From: Minutocellus sp. GHC0000111
Taxonomy: Eukaryota
Direction: 5' to 3'
Assembly (NCBI GenBank): GCA_977018835.1
Contig: OZ361259.1
Coordinates: 2,480,001-2,544,000, forward strand
DNA length: 64,000 nt
Position 1 is the stretch's first letter. Each line of letters starts with the position of its first letter. A program made the translations under genes and the position numbers. This document shows, piece after piece, positions 12,668 through 24,193 of this stretch. The notes beneath the pieces were generated by a model. That model searched no databases. It was not told the origin of the DNA and saw only the letters and a program-made list of their open reading frames with translations.

Positions 12668-13040
12668 TGTGCTCGGCTCGGAAGAACAATCTCGATGGCA
12701 CGTGCTGGTTTCGGGGCGCCAGATTTGAGGATAACGAATTACGAAATGATTTAATTGCTCGAATTTGATCGAATGCTCCCAATCTTGATCGGCACCCTTG
12801 TTTAGAGATCGATCCAACGCAACCTTTCCCGGCCTTCAACTGGTTGATTCCTCCTCTCTTCGGCACTGGATGCCAAAGGTCGATTTGGCGAGAAGGTCCG
12901 AATGTGCTTGGAGACACCCGGATGTATGGGGGAAGCCCCAATAATAAACCCCTCGATGTTCATTCCAATCCTCCAGCCTCCAGCTCATTTCTCGAAAGAA
13001 TCACATCACGTGCCAGGAAAGGAACTAGAAAAGTATCAGC

Positions 13041-14376
13041 ATGAAGGCTTCCACATCCGCCGTTGCTCTATTGGTGCTTCTTTCTGCACCGCATTCGACT
13101 TTATCCGGTGGAGCTGGCGTTTCTGCCTTTCAAGTCGGCGGCAAAGTCGCCAATTCACGTCCAGCCATTGTTGGATCTGCCTCCACCTCATCTTCAAGCT
13201 CGGCCGGCAGCGGCAGATATGCCGTTTTTGGATCTCCCTCCACCTCATCTTCAAGCTCAGGCAGAAGATATGCTGCATCAACATTGTCAACGCGACTGCA
13301 CGACTCTTCTACCGAGGGAGAAGATGCCATGGCAGAGGCAGACGCTGCTCTGAAGAGTATGCCGGTCGAAGAACAGAAGGAAAAGATTGGCAATTTGGTT
13401 GCTGATGATGAATGGATGGGGTTGTCGATGGAAATTAGTAAGTCCATGTCCGTGGGGGATACTACAGTTTGGATTGTATTTCGATTTGTTTGGGTTGAAT
13501 ATTCCGTTGCTCACCATCTCTCCTTTCTTTTACTTTTCTACTTTTATAGCGGAGCTTGTCAGGACGGCAATCATTGAGGATGTCAAGGTCAAGACGTCCG
13601 ACTTTATTGGCAAAGATGAGTACAAGGTGAGTTGGCCTGGTATAGGAGAAATGAATATGATGAAATGTCTGAATATATGTACAGGTTCTTTATCTCACAA
13701 GTTGATTGAATTTTATTTTTGGCTTAGGTCGGAGATATATCCAAGGAGCTGGATTCTCGCATCAAGGATGAGATTGCCAACCTTCGCGGGAAGGATGAGT
13801 ACGAGCTCGGCGATTTGTCTATCGCTTTGGACAAAATGAGCAAAGACTTCACGATTGAATTGACTGGGAAGGATTCTTATGAAACGGGCGATCTTTCAAA
13901 GGAGATCGACAAGCGAGTCAAGAATGCTGTGACGGAATTTTGCGGAAAGGAGGAAGGGACGTACGAATTTGGAGATCTGAGCAAAGAAATGAATAAGCGC
14001 GTTCAGGATCGTGTTGCCGAGTTCACCGGTAGAGACGAATACTCGTTCGGCGACATTACTAAGGAAATTGAAAATCGAAGGCAAACCTTGGTGAAGGACT
14101 TTCTTGGAGAAGAGGCGGCGAAGGATTACCAGTTCGGTGACATTACCAAGAAAGCCCTGACTTCGTTCACCGGGAAAGACGAATACGAGTTTGGTAAGTA
14201 CCGATGCTCCACTTTCTTTTTGGGTAGTACCCTTTTTCATTGAATCTGTTCTCGTGTGTTTTATTTCTAACAAGCCTTCTCGGTGTGATTGCATACATAC
14301 GGTACTTACAGGCGACGTAACAAAGAAGGTCCTTGGCAATCTGTTTGGCCCGAGGAAGCGAGGTGGAAAGAATTGA
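13041..14376 (+). CDS. Plastid-targeted tandem-repeat protein (GKDEYxxGD(I/L)(S/T)K repeats), 4 exons
   Basis: Signal peptide followed by VSAF. GT-AG introns 13438-13549, 13627-13727 and 14194-14311 splice in frame. Seven YxxGD repeats; stop at 14374-14376. Confidence 0.85.
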
Positions 14377-14782
14377 TTTGATTCAGACTGATAGATCTAC
14401 CTCTTTGGCCGAAGGAGGAAGCGAGGTGGAAAGAAGAATTGATTTGTTGTGGGGTTTGCATCACAAAAAGATCGTTCATTCGAAGCAGATATTCTTAGGA
14501 GACAACGAACGAACTAATAGCTATAGGATACTCAATACACTACTCGATGGCAACACAAAAGAATCATGCGAGGGGGGCACCAAGATCTAGATCTACTCGT
14601 TCTAGTGGATCTAGATCTACCAGCGGTAGACGAATCCTGCCTCCTCGCGATGCCGAACCTCAGCGAATTTCGGACTTTTCCGGGTCCTTTTACTGACGTT
14701 GACTGAAATCTTGAGGCTCCAGCCATGCAGTAAGCGAGCGTAAAGCAAAGCAAAGTTGCTTCGTTGACCATCTTGCCCGACC

Positions 14783-15292
14783 ATGCGTTGGACTCTGCCA
14801 ATCATCTTTGCCCTGGCGCTGCTTGCCCAGCACCATCAACCATTTGCGCTTGCTGAAGAAGCAGCTCCAGAGGCCGTCGCCACGGAAACTGGTGAGGCAG
14901 CGGAAAAATGCAACGGAGCTGAAGAAACTTGTGCCAATCCCGACGCACCTGCAGCTGCCGATGAAGAAAGCGAGGACAAAGAGCCAGAGGATCCGGCCTG
15001 TCCTTCTCGCCCCCATATCATTCGCTGTGCTGCTGCTCATTTGGACGTGAACAAGAACAACAAGTTGGAACGCGAGGAGTTGCAGGGTACCATCGATTCG
15101 CTTCCTTTCTTGGCTCGTGGCGTCCTCAAGATTATCGGAAGTGTTGATAAGATCATGGCCAAGTGCGATGCCGATGGTGACGGTGCCATCTCGATTGACC
15201 ATGACATGGATGCCACCAAGGAGACGTGTTTGGCCACATGCTTCAAGAGAAAGTCGTTCAAGAGAGCCTTCTTCCCTGATTGCGATTTGTAG
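14783..15292 (+). CDS. Secreted two-EF-hand Cys-containing protein
   Basis: Signal peptide MRWTLPIIFALALLA; EF-hand loops DVNKNNKLEREE and DADGDGAISIDH. Confidence 0.85.
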   Translation: MRWTLPIIFALALLAQHHQPFALAEEAAPEAVATETGEAAEKCNGAEETCANPDAPAAADEESEDKEPEDPACPSRPHIIRCAAAHLDVNKNNKLEREELQGTIDSLPFLARGVLKIIGSVDKIMAKCDADGDGAISIDHDMDATKETCLATCFKRKSFKRAFFPDCDL

Positions 15293-15433
15293 ATAAATTT
15301 GATCCGTCAATGAAATCGAATTGCTCATTGCGTTTATTTGGGGAAATGTCTGCATGGGCTTCGTAAGATAAGATAACTTTTCGCTAATCACAGAAAGATG
15401 AGAAGCATAAATCAACTCATATCTGAAAATACG

Positions 15434-16552
15434 CTACTTTTTCTCGAGCAATGCCTCGGCCATATCACGAAAAGTATCCTCGTTTGGTCGACACGTGACA
15501 CCCAACTCAGTCGCCAGTCGTTCCGTAGCTTCGACTTCCTTGTCTCCAATCTTGATTGCGCCACCATCAAAGTTGGTATCACACACGATGGATTCTGGAT
15601 CACCAAGGCCCGTTTCCGTTGCAATCTTTCTCAATACAACTCCAACATCGACGCTGGACAATCGTTCCTCCGAAGAAAGGATATATCGCTTTCCGTTGGC
15701 CTCGGCACGTCTGCCCGCTCGTACATGCGCCAATGCAGCATCTCGCACGTCGACACACAAGCGCGATTGTACCTCTGATTCTCCTCTGATCCATTGTCCA
15801 ACCAGCGTGATCGAATATGAGCTGGAAGTTGACCCCTTGACAGGCGGTCCAAAGACAAAGCTTGGGCAAAGCGATACCATATCCACGCCCAACTCCTTAC
15901 TGAGTTCCCATGCCCTCCGTTCCGATTCAGCCTTGGACCACTGATAGCTTTGCCCCCAGTTCTTTCCCAATTCACTCTTCGTATTCCAGTCTTCGTGGTT
16001 GTAGAATTGCCCATTCTTTGGTGTTTGATCGGTAGCCCGCACTGCCGCCATGGACGATGTCACCACAACCTTGACATTGGGTGCATACTTTAAAGCACAG
16101 CGAATCACATCCTCGGTGCCCTGAACGTTATCTAAAGCGGTTTGTTTGTGATCATCAGTTGGTCCAAAAACAGATGCCACGTGATAGATGCAACAAGTTG
16201 CGGCGTCGTCCGTTTCATATGCGCATGTCAATGCCTCGTCCAAAGTTTTGCCACCATCGAGCATATCGTACTGCATCACCTTCACTGACTGCTCGTTTTG
16301 CCAGTATTTGGTTTCGTCGTGCACGCGCTGGTCTCGCACCAAACATATAATTTTATCCTCTTGCCTTTCAGTTTCGTCATCATCTGTTCGGAGCAATTCG
16401 TGAACAATCGCTTTGCCAACATAGCCATTTGCGCCAGTTACAATTGCCACTCGACGTGAGGCGGCGGAGAAGGACTCGGCATGTGGTACCAAAAGCGGCA
16501 CGATAGCGATGACTGAAACGACCAGACGAGATAAGTTTGTAAACATTGTCAT
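15434..16552 (-). CDS. NAD(P)-dependent epimerase/dehydratase (extended SDR, dihydroflavonol/cinnamoyl-CoA reductase-like), probably plastid-targeted
   Basis: VTGANGYVG Rossmann motif, HVAS, TSSMAAV and YQWSK (YxxxK). The signal peptide ends AES-F. Start at 16552 or 16546. Confidence 0.9.
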   Translation of the reverse strand: MTMFTNLSRLVVSVIAIVPLLVPHAESFSAASRRVAIVTGANGYVGKAIVHELLRTDDDETERQEDKIICLVRDQRVHDETKYWQNEQSVKVMQYDMLDGGKTLDEALTCAYETDDAATCCIYHVASVFGPTDDHKQTALDNVQGTEDVIRCALKYAPNVKVVVTSSMAAVRATDQTPKNGQFYNHEDWNTKSELGKNWGQSYQWSKAESERRAWELSKELGVDMVSLCPSFVFGPPVKGSTSSSYSITLVGQWIRGESEVQSRLCVDVRDAALAHVRAGRRAEANGKRYILSSEERLSSVDVGVVLRKIATETGLGDPESIVCDTNFDGGAIKIGDKEVEATERLATELGVTCRPNEDTFRDMAEALLEKK

Positions 16553-18310
16553 TGTGGTAAGCAAGTGGCCCTAACAACGTAGCTGGTCTCCATGAAGGTT
16601 CACTTTTGCTCTCTGGCGTGTGGCCTCGCTTTGAGATCTGAGATCTGATGATGAGATGAGCTGGTGACGCGAGATGGCCGGCCGCGGCCGCGCCGAGTTA
16701 CTATGGCTCTGTCCGTCGTGCGTTAGAGACCTACGGGCTCCTACTGGGAACTCGGGTTTATTTTTCGGAAATTTTCTTTACCACAAGCAGGTGGCGGGCC
16801 GACCTCCCACCTTTCCCTCCGACCCCCAGACGACAAGGAAGATCGTGAGCCAAGGATGCATCCGCCTCATTAGTTATCTTCTTTTATCATAGACATGGCC
16901 TGAAAGTGTTTGGCTCGACCTCACTTTTCTGGGAGCTGCGAAATTCCATGATGAAAACACGGCGTTGCCGTGCCGTCGGCCTCCACCTCTTGCTACTTTC
17001 AACAGATTTGCTGAAGACAAATGATGAAAGGCAATTCTGGACGACGTGAAACATCTCTTTGATAATAGCATAAGGAGCGGCTATGATATTGCTGTCGAGA
17101 TCTTCCTCTCAATCATCCCAAATCATCACGATGCCCAAAACTGAGGTGCGCGATCGCCCAGAATTCGACCCTCTCGAGCAGATGTACGTCGAGTTGAGCG
17201 CCAAGATAATGGTCGATCCCACACAACTTTTGACATTTTTCTCCTATCACTATACATGGGCAATCGATGCACTTTCCAGACGGTTTCGGTTTCATGACAT
17301 GGTTGAATTCGAGGCAAATCCACTAATTGAAGAAAAAAGATCGGGCGTGGCCGTGGTTGCCACAACAGTGTCAGGTACAGCAATCCATCAAATCGACGCA
17401 AGAAGTGGTGAAATTCACTTGATTCTTCAAAGATATATATTGAGGATTCGATTGGTGTGTGTTGGAGATACCATATGTGGTAACAAGGGACTGCGATCTT
17501 ACCTGCTCTCGGTCGAAAATGAAATGATCATTTTCTTCACTAGTCCTCCACCAATCAGTTTTCGCCTTTCACATTGAAGGAATATTACCAATCTCTCGTT
17601 CCAAACATGTTGAATCGACTCATATACATGCATACTGAGGTTTAAGACCATTCTACCGAGGTTCCATGCCATAGTTCGGCCATGCTATTTTATTATGCAT
17701 GTCTTGGAGGAAATTTTCATCTTCGTCGAGGGTCAATTATATTGAAATATGGTCAGAATGAGACCATTTATTTGTGTCCGATTACTGCTGCTGTACACCA
17801 TCTTCGCCAAGGTATGATATGAGGCGGCTCATCGATGAAAAATTTCGCGTGTGTTCTGCTAATCTTGGTGGATTTATGGCTTTCCGAAGCGTTCGTGGAG
17901 GTTGTGGGAGAGAAAAATCTGATATTTTGAAGGGGGGGAGAGTACTGTTTATGCATGAATTGAGGCAAAACACCACCGCTGGAGCCTTGCATTTCCTCCT
18001 TAGGACCATAGATCGAGTGCAAAAAGGTTTCAGCAATCGCATGTGGCCCATCTTGCTATGCTAGGGTCGCCTATTATGGCTGATGGGTAAATTTTGGCGA
18101 AAAAATCTACGCCGACGAAGCAGTAATAGTGACAATTCGAAGTCAGTAAGGTTACCTTGCTTGCTTGAAATGGTTTCGTTGTTTGATGTTATGCCCAGAC
18201 TCTTCTCTCAAAACTTGAGCCGAGGGTTCGAGCATATCTTGGTGCAATATGGCCACCTGATTTCTGGAAAATTTTGAATTCTGGTATGTCGAGACTTCGC
18301 GAACCAACTT
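16527..18310. repeat. Long direct repeat, copy 1 (partner at 25216-26816)
   Basis: Colinear with 25216-26816 starting at CGAGATAAGTTTGTAAAC. Identical blocks: 16814-16931 = 25484-25601 and 17142-17325 = 25822-26005. Copy 1 has ~190 bp extra at ~17670-17862. Confidence 0.92.
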
Positions 18311-18780
18311 GGGCGAAGGCCATATTGGATGCCTTGCATTAAATACTACGTAAATGCCTTGCATTAACTTCTACTTAACGTAGTAAAATGATTTGGAGCT
18401 CTTTCCTTTTTGCCTTGTGATAGTGCACATAAGAAAGAAAGAACTCACTGAATTAGATTTATTGAACAAATAGAGATATTGCCGTAATGTTGATCATCTC
18501 CCACAAACCCCCAAGCAAGGGGGACAGAGGACGGAGGCAATCCGCTGTTTTGGCATGGTGTGCATGAAAGGTAACTGAGTTGTATTGAAGATCCTCCTGA
18601 CTGTCTCTCAACGTCAAGCTGAGGAGGAATAGCGCCTGCCTTTCTCTTGTCGTCCGGGCGAGGAGGGGAAAATATCGGCGCATGGTGGCCGTCAGAAGGA
18701 TTGGTTGTGTAGATTTGACGGCCGGGCTGGGTCGTCAAAACCAATTGAAATCACTCGGCCGACGCCGTTTCGTGAGGCTA

Positions 18781-21700
18781 TTAGAGGCCAAGGCTGCCGA
18801 GACTTCTAGAAGAACGTTCGTGACCATGGAAAGTCCTGCTCAAGTCGTAACTTCCAACACTTCGGCTGGACCCATCTCTTCCATGGACCGATTTGCTTAG
18901 GTCATCACCATCATTCTCGTTAAATGCAAAAGAGCCCATCCACGAATCTCGCTTCTGCAAGCGCGGCCGCGTTGGTACAATAGGTGTCGGCGAATGAGAA
19001 GTTGACCTTTGACGAGTGCCATGGTGCGATCTGTTTTCTTCAATCGATGGGAGGGTTCCTGCCGAGTTGCTTCTTGAGATCTCGATAGATCCTGCCGAGC
19101 TGCGTCTCGAGCTCTCGCCTCTGGCAATCCGTTTTCCAGTATCAGTAACAGGAGTCTGTTTCTTGCTCCCATTCCTCTCTCTACCACCAATGTTACTAGT
19201 AGATATAGTGGTACTGGCAATGTCGAGTCTCTCCTCCGAACCCGATTGGTCAGCACATTCCGGTCGGAATTGTTCAGCCCAACTCGATTTTTTCGTTGGG
19301 CGAATTGCCTTGAACTCCTCCTTTGCGCGAGCTCGAGGAAGAACGACACGCTCAAGACCAGAAGTAATTTCGACGACACGGGCCGTCGCCTCTTTCCATG
19401 CAAATTGCATAGCGTCATCACCGGATGAGAGGGCACCATATACCTCGGTGATGTAACGTTTTTGTTGCTTCATGATGACGAGCTTCTCCATTGCCTGGTT
19501 AATTTTCATACCCTGCTGCTTGTTGCTTCCTGTGCAGAGTGTCATGAGCAAACGATTCTGAACCGTCGACGCCATGTCGGGAGATCCACAGATGTAAAGA
19601 TGCGTCTTTGGATTGTGAAGCAAAGATAGGACAGTCTCCGACTCTCGATCCAGCATATCCTGAACGTGCATCTTATTGTTCATCTCGCGGCTGTAGGCGA
19701 TGAATGGATTGATTCTACCTGTACGCTCGAGGAAACCAATTTCAGAGGCAAAAGGCAAATCAGAGCGGGTTCGGCAACCGAAGAAAAGATGCATCGGGTT
19801 TCTCGCGTTGCTCATCCAAAAGGATCGGAACGGAGCGATGCCAGTTCCGGTAGCAATCATGATGCAAGGTGCATCTTCATCGGTAGGAAGATGAAGGTCG
19901 GTTTGAGAAAACACCGCCATCGCTGTTTCGTTGGCCTGGAGGGACCGGAGCCAGCGAGACGTCGTGCCAGCCTGGCCATTTGCGAAGGCATAAACGGATT
20001 GGCAGATGCTGATGGTACTATCTTCCATGGAGATTGAAGCGATAGAGTAGAATCGAGGGTCCATCTTCGGAGCACTCGTCAGCATCCAGTGGTAGGGGAT
20101 ACTACCAGGGGGCAACTCGCTGATGAGGTCGGTGACACTCTTATCAGTTTCGTTCTTGGTGGAGGTTCGAAGCATCGAACCAATGACATACTTCGCTTTC
20201 TCGTTGGTGGTGGCATTCCAAAGCTCAGCAAGCGCGGCAGTGCTGACCGGGCGGGCAAGGTCGACCTCCTGCTTCAACGAATCTCGCACTTCACGCATCG
20301 ATGAGTCGACACCATCGAGCATTCGAAGAGTTAAATCGACTGACTCATCGAGATTCTTAGGATACAGCGCAACGTGATCACCTGCACGAAGATCCTTGAG
20401 CTGTGAGCGGTACTCGAAATCGACCTCAAAACAGAACAAATCAATAGATCGCCCGAGAAGGCCTTGGACTCGAGACCAGGGAGTGTGTTCGAACTGATTG
20501 TACAGCTGTTCGAGCTCGTTCTTGGTGTCACTCTGAATGACTTGAGCGAAGCCCTGGTATGAAAGAGTCACCTTTCGACTCTGAACTGTGTCGGTAGATT
20601 TAGTGGTGGAAGCCATTGCGCTTGTAATCTCCTGATAGATGATACCACTGGAATTGTTCAAGATATCGCCTCTCCATTCGTCGAAGCTTAGCTCCTGATC
20701 CATGAGCTCATCGGCAACGCGAACATTGAGCACTGGCATGATTCCAATGCTATCGAGTGCCTCGTGCACATCGAAACCGAACTTTGCAAACGACTGCGTG
20801 TAGGCACTATTGCCAAGCGCCAGCGGAGAGTACCGGACTGGCTCATCATGTTCTCCAATCTAGGCAGGAAGAGCTTGGCGTGGCTTGGAGCGCCACCGAG
20901 ACCGGTCGTAGAGGCTGCGGCCAAAATGAGCGTTCGCTCTCTGCAACGAGGCGTCGGGATGTGATTCGGAAGATCATCCAAAGGGATTGGCCCGACCACT
21001 CGGTCGCCCAAGACATCAAGGTCCGTGGCAAGGCGGGTGATGAATCGTTGGCTCGTACCGGTCTCCGAACCGAAGCAGAGAACGATCTTGTCGTATATCA
21101 CGGCCTTGGTATCAATGGTGAGAGATGACTTGGAAGCACATTCCTCGTCAAGGACGATGGGGTCAACACTGTTCAATCCTGCCTCGAGGCATATATCGAC
21201 ATTTGGACGATAGATGGGCTTGACGATGAAGTTGACCCTGCAATAAGAAGGAGAATGAACAGTATGTCCGAGAGTTAGATGACGAGAAGAGCAAATAAGT
21301 CTTTTGTTATTATACGATCGAATGCAGGCAAAGACTCACATTTCCTGATGGAAGACCTTTGTCATCGATCCTCCAGCGGGCGGTGTGACCCATACCCAAT
21401 CGGCCGGGCATTTTCCGCGCTTGCCGATCTCCTCTCTGTGAAAGTCAATGAAGGAGTCACTGGCGGTATGGTGATCGACGAGGGATACCGATGCCTTGGC
21501 AAACGAATGAAGGATGGCCTTGTGAACTTGAAGCTGCACATCATCCCTCCATACCGCGACCTTTGAGCGCTGGATGCCACAGGCTATCGCTACGGCCTCG
21601 GCAAGATCATAGCGCTGCTTGTCGAGAAAGTCACGGCCGATCTCGGTGACTTGATACCAACCATTGAAGGGACAGGTTTGGTAGTCTGCAAAAGAATGAA

Positions 21701-23491
21701 TTGAATTACAAACGCATAGACGTATAGATCGACGGTGAGAAAAGTCATTCAAAAAGTACATGTAAATTCTAAATGTCACTTTTGCAGAAAGAACTTACAG
21801 ACACCCCCGATATCGATGCCCATGTTGCTGATCGCCGGCAAAGCGTACCAACGCAGGTTGAGCGACGAGAACAGCTCGTGCTCGGGATGGTGGATCGGTG
21901 CCTCCAAGATAGCATCGGGCGGTATCTCAAAGACTTGAGGCCTGTCATGACCAATAATGTTGTCGGATAAAATCAAGGGCAAAATATCAAAGTCACTCTT
22001 CGTTGAGGGTGGAGTCCAGCCCAGCTTGACGCAGAGGGCGGTGAAGGACAGATTGACCGGATCGCCCATGATGCTCCCATCCTTGCGCTGGTAGGCGGCA
22101 TACCCAATGAGCTGCCGATTCCACACACGGACGGGCGCCGATACGCCATCGCCCTTCTGAGGGAATACCGAGATGACGGGCTAGATGGCTCCGCCATTGC
22201 CAGCATAGTGCAGATGCTCAATGATTTGGTCGAAGCATTCCTTGGAGGTCTTGGCATTGCGGCAATCGCGCAGCTCGAGGTTGAACGATACCTTGCGCAT
22301 GATGCATCGGCCGGAGTTGCGCCATGCCAAACGGCAGCCGAATTCCAGCTCCTCGTATGTGTGTCGGTACGATCCGTAGGCTTGGATGTCGTTGGTAACG
22401 TCGAAGAGGCGACCCTCCAGGTCCTGGGGCGTGGCAAAATGAGAAGTCTCCTCGGCAAATTGACGGATGAAGGCAACGGCTTCATCGATCTTGGTCTGGA
22501 TGGGTTGGGAGTAGGAATCCCCGACGGCGGCGAAGCCAGTCTTGTCCATCATGGCCCCGTGGCATTCATGAGGGGTACATCCGACGGTGTGACGAGGCTT
22601 TTTGACATCGGTGGTCTCGGAGGGCTGGACGGCGATCTTATCACCCGTCTCGAGCTGCTCGAGGTGGATCTTCTGGTGATGAAGAAAAGGGCACCCACCG
22701 CCGATGGGCGATGCATGGATGGCATCACTTTCCTTGGGCTGACTGGTGCAAGGAGCCTGTTGGGCATCATCCGTTAGATCTACGTCGACATCGGTGAGTG
22801 GCGATGGTGTTTTATCTCTCTTGGGCACCTGCTCGTTCTGTACCGGAGGGACAGAGAATGAGTCGGCGATGGACTTGTTGTCGGCGTCGGCACTGCATGT
22901 ATTGCCATTGTTGGGATATCCCCAACTTGGGTCATTAGCTGCAGTACCTGTGGCCGACACAACAATCGCATCATTTTGCTCTGCCTCGGCCTCGGTCTCG
23001 GCCATTGGCAGCTTGATCTGCCTCTTGGCCGCGGCCTTCGCCAGGGCATTGGCCAGAAATCGATCCCTGCTGGACCACGGCGGCCCATCGGCGAGGGAAT
23101 ACGACCCATATTCAACTTGCTGCTGCTGCTGCCCATTACTAGTATTGTTGTTGGCTGCAGTCGTCTTCAACTTGGTCGTACTTGCATTGGCGGCCGGCTC
23201 CTCGTCGCTGCCGCTCCTGTTCGACTTCTTCTCGGTGGCCGAAGGCGGTGTCGATGTATTGTCTGATGACGACGACGACGACGATGGCTGTGTGGTTTTG
23301 GTAGACACAGTTACTTTGCTACTACTGATAGAGGGCTCCGAAGACACTACCACTGGGCACTTGTGCTCACCTGGAACATTGTTGGCAGGGGAACTACCTG
23401 CTGTCGACTTGAAGGACGATGATGACGACTGCTTCTTGGATTGCTTCTTCGACTTGCTCGACGAGGCGAGCGTGGGGGCGCGAAGAGGCAT
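18781..23491 (-). CDS. NOS: Nitric oxide synthase (oxygenase + FMN/FAD/NADPH reductase), 3 exons; in-frame stop and frameshift as assembled
   Basis: Oxygenase motifs: zinc CTPHEC, heme AWRNSGRCIMR, VWNRQLIGYAAY, LRWYALPAISNM, PFNGWYQVTEIGRD and CPADWVWVTPPAGGSMTKVFHQEM. Reductase motifs: FGSETGTS, LALGNSAY, ADELMDQE, PRFYSIAS, IATGTGIAPFRSF and YICGS. Introns 21686-21798 and 21238-21339 splice in frame. TAG at 22181-22183; frameshift within ~20835-20860. Confidence 0.93.
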
Positions 23492-24175
23492 TCTTGTCTG
23501 GGTCAGTTAGTTACAGTCAGGATGATATCACTTCGTCGGAATCTGCCTGCGGCTGGGTGACAGGCCAAGCACAATGGTAATTGGTAAATGGTAATTGGTA
23601 AGCATGAAGGTCGTTGCATACAATCGAGGGAGGAAGAAAAGTAAAAGCGGCTGGTTTTGTAAATGGTCGAAAGAGTGACAGGTATGTCACGTGGCTTCGG
23701 ATGCATGATTTGATGATACATGCCATCGACGAGGAGATTGCATCCACAAGATACAACGGATCATGATGATAAAATGAATGAATCGAACAGCCGAAGACAA
23801 CCAAATCGCATTGAAAACCGAGCGGGCCAAGGCAAGTAGAGATCAGATGCGAGATACGAGATGAAAAGACGCAAGAATACTCACAGCTCTTGAGTAGTCA
23901 AGCTTCGAGATTGATCGGTGGTTACTTCGTAGTAGGTTGTTGGAAGCTTGGTGGTTGCTCGGACATGGAGCGCGATCAATGAGCGAAAAACAAAGTGCCC
24001 AGTTCTTTGCTGCTCGAAGCCCACTGTGTATGCTCACTGATGTGTATATCGTATGCTCACTGTCTGGTGGACCAGGCATGCACAAAAAACGGCCCAAAAA
24101 ACTGGTGGTAAATTCCGCTTTTGCGTCATGTCTTGCAGTAGTTTCTCTGGAGAAAAAAAAAGTTCAAACATAGCT

Positions 24176-24193
24176 GTTAGGGTTAGGGTTAGG
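24176..24193 (+). repeat. Short interstitial telomere-type repeat
   Basis: GTTAGGGTTAGGGTTAGG. Confidence 0.6.
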
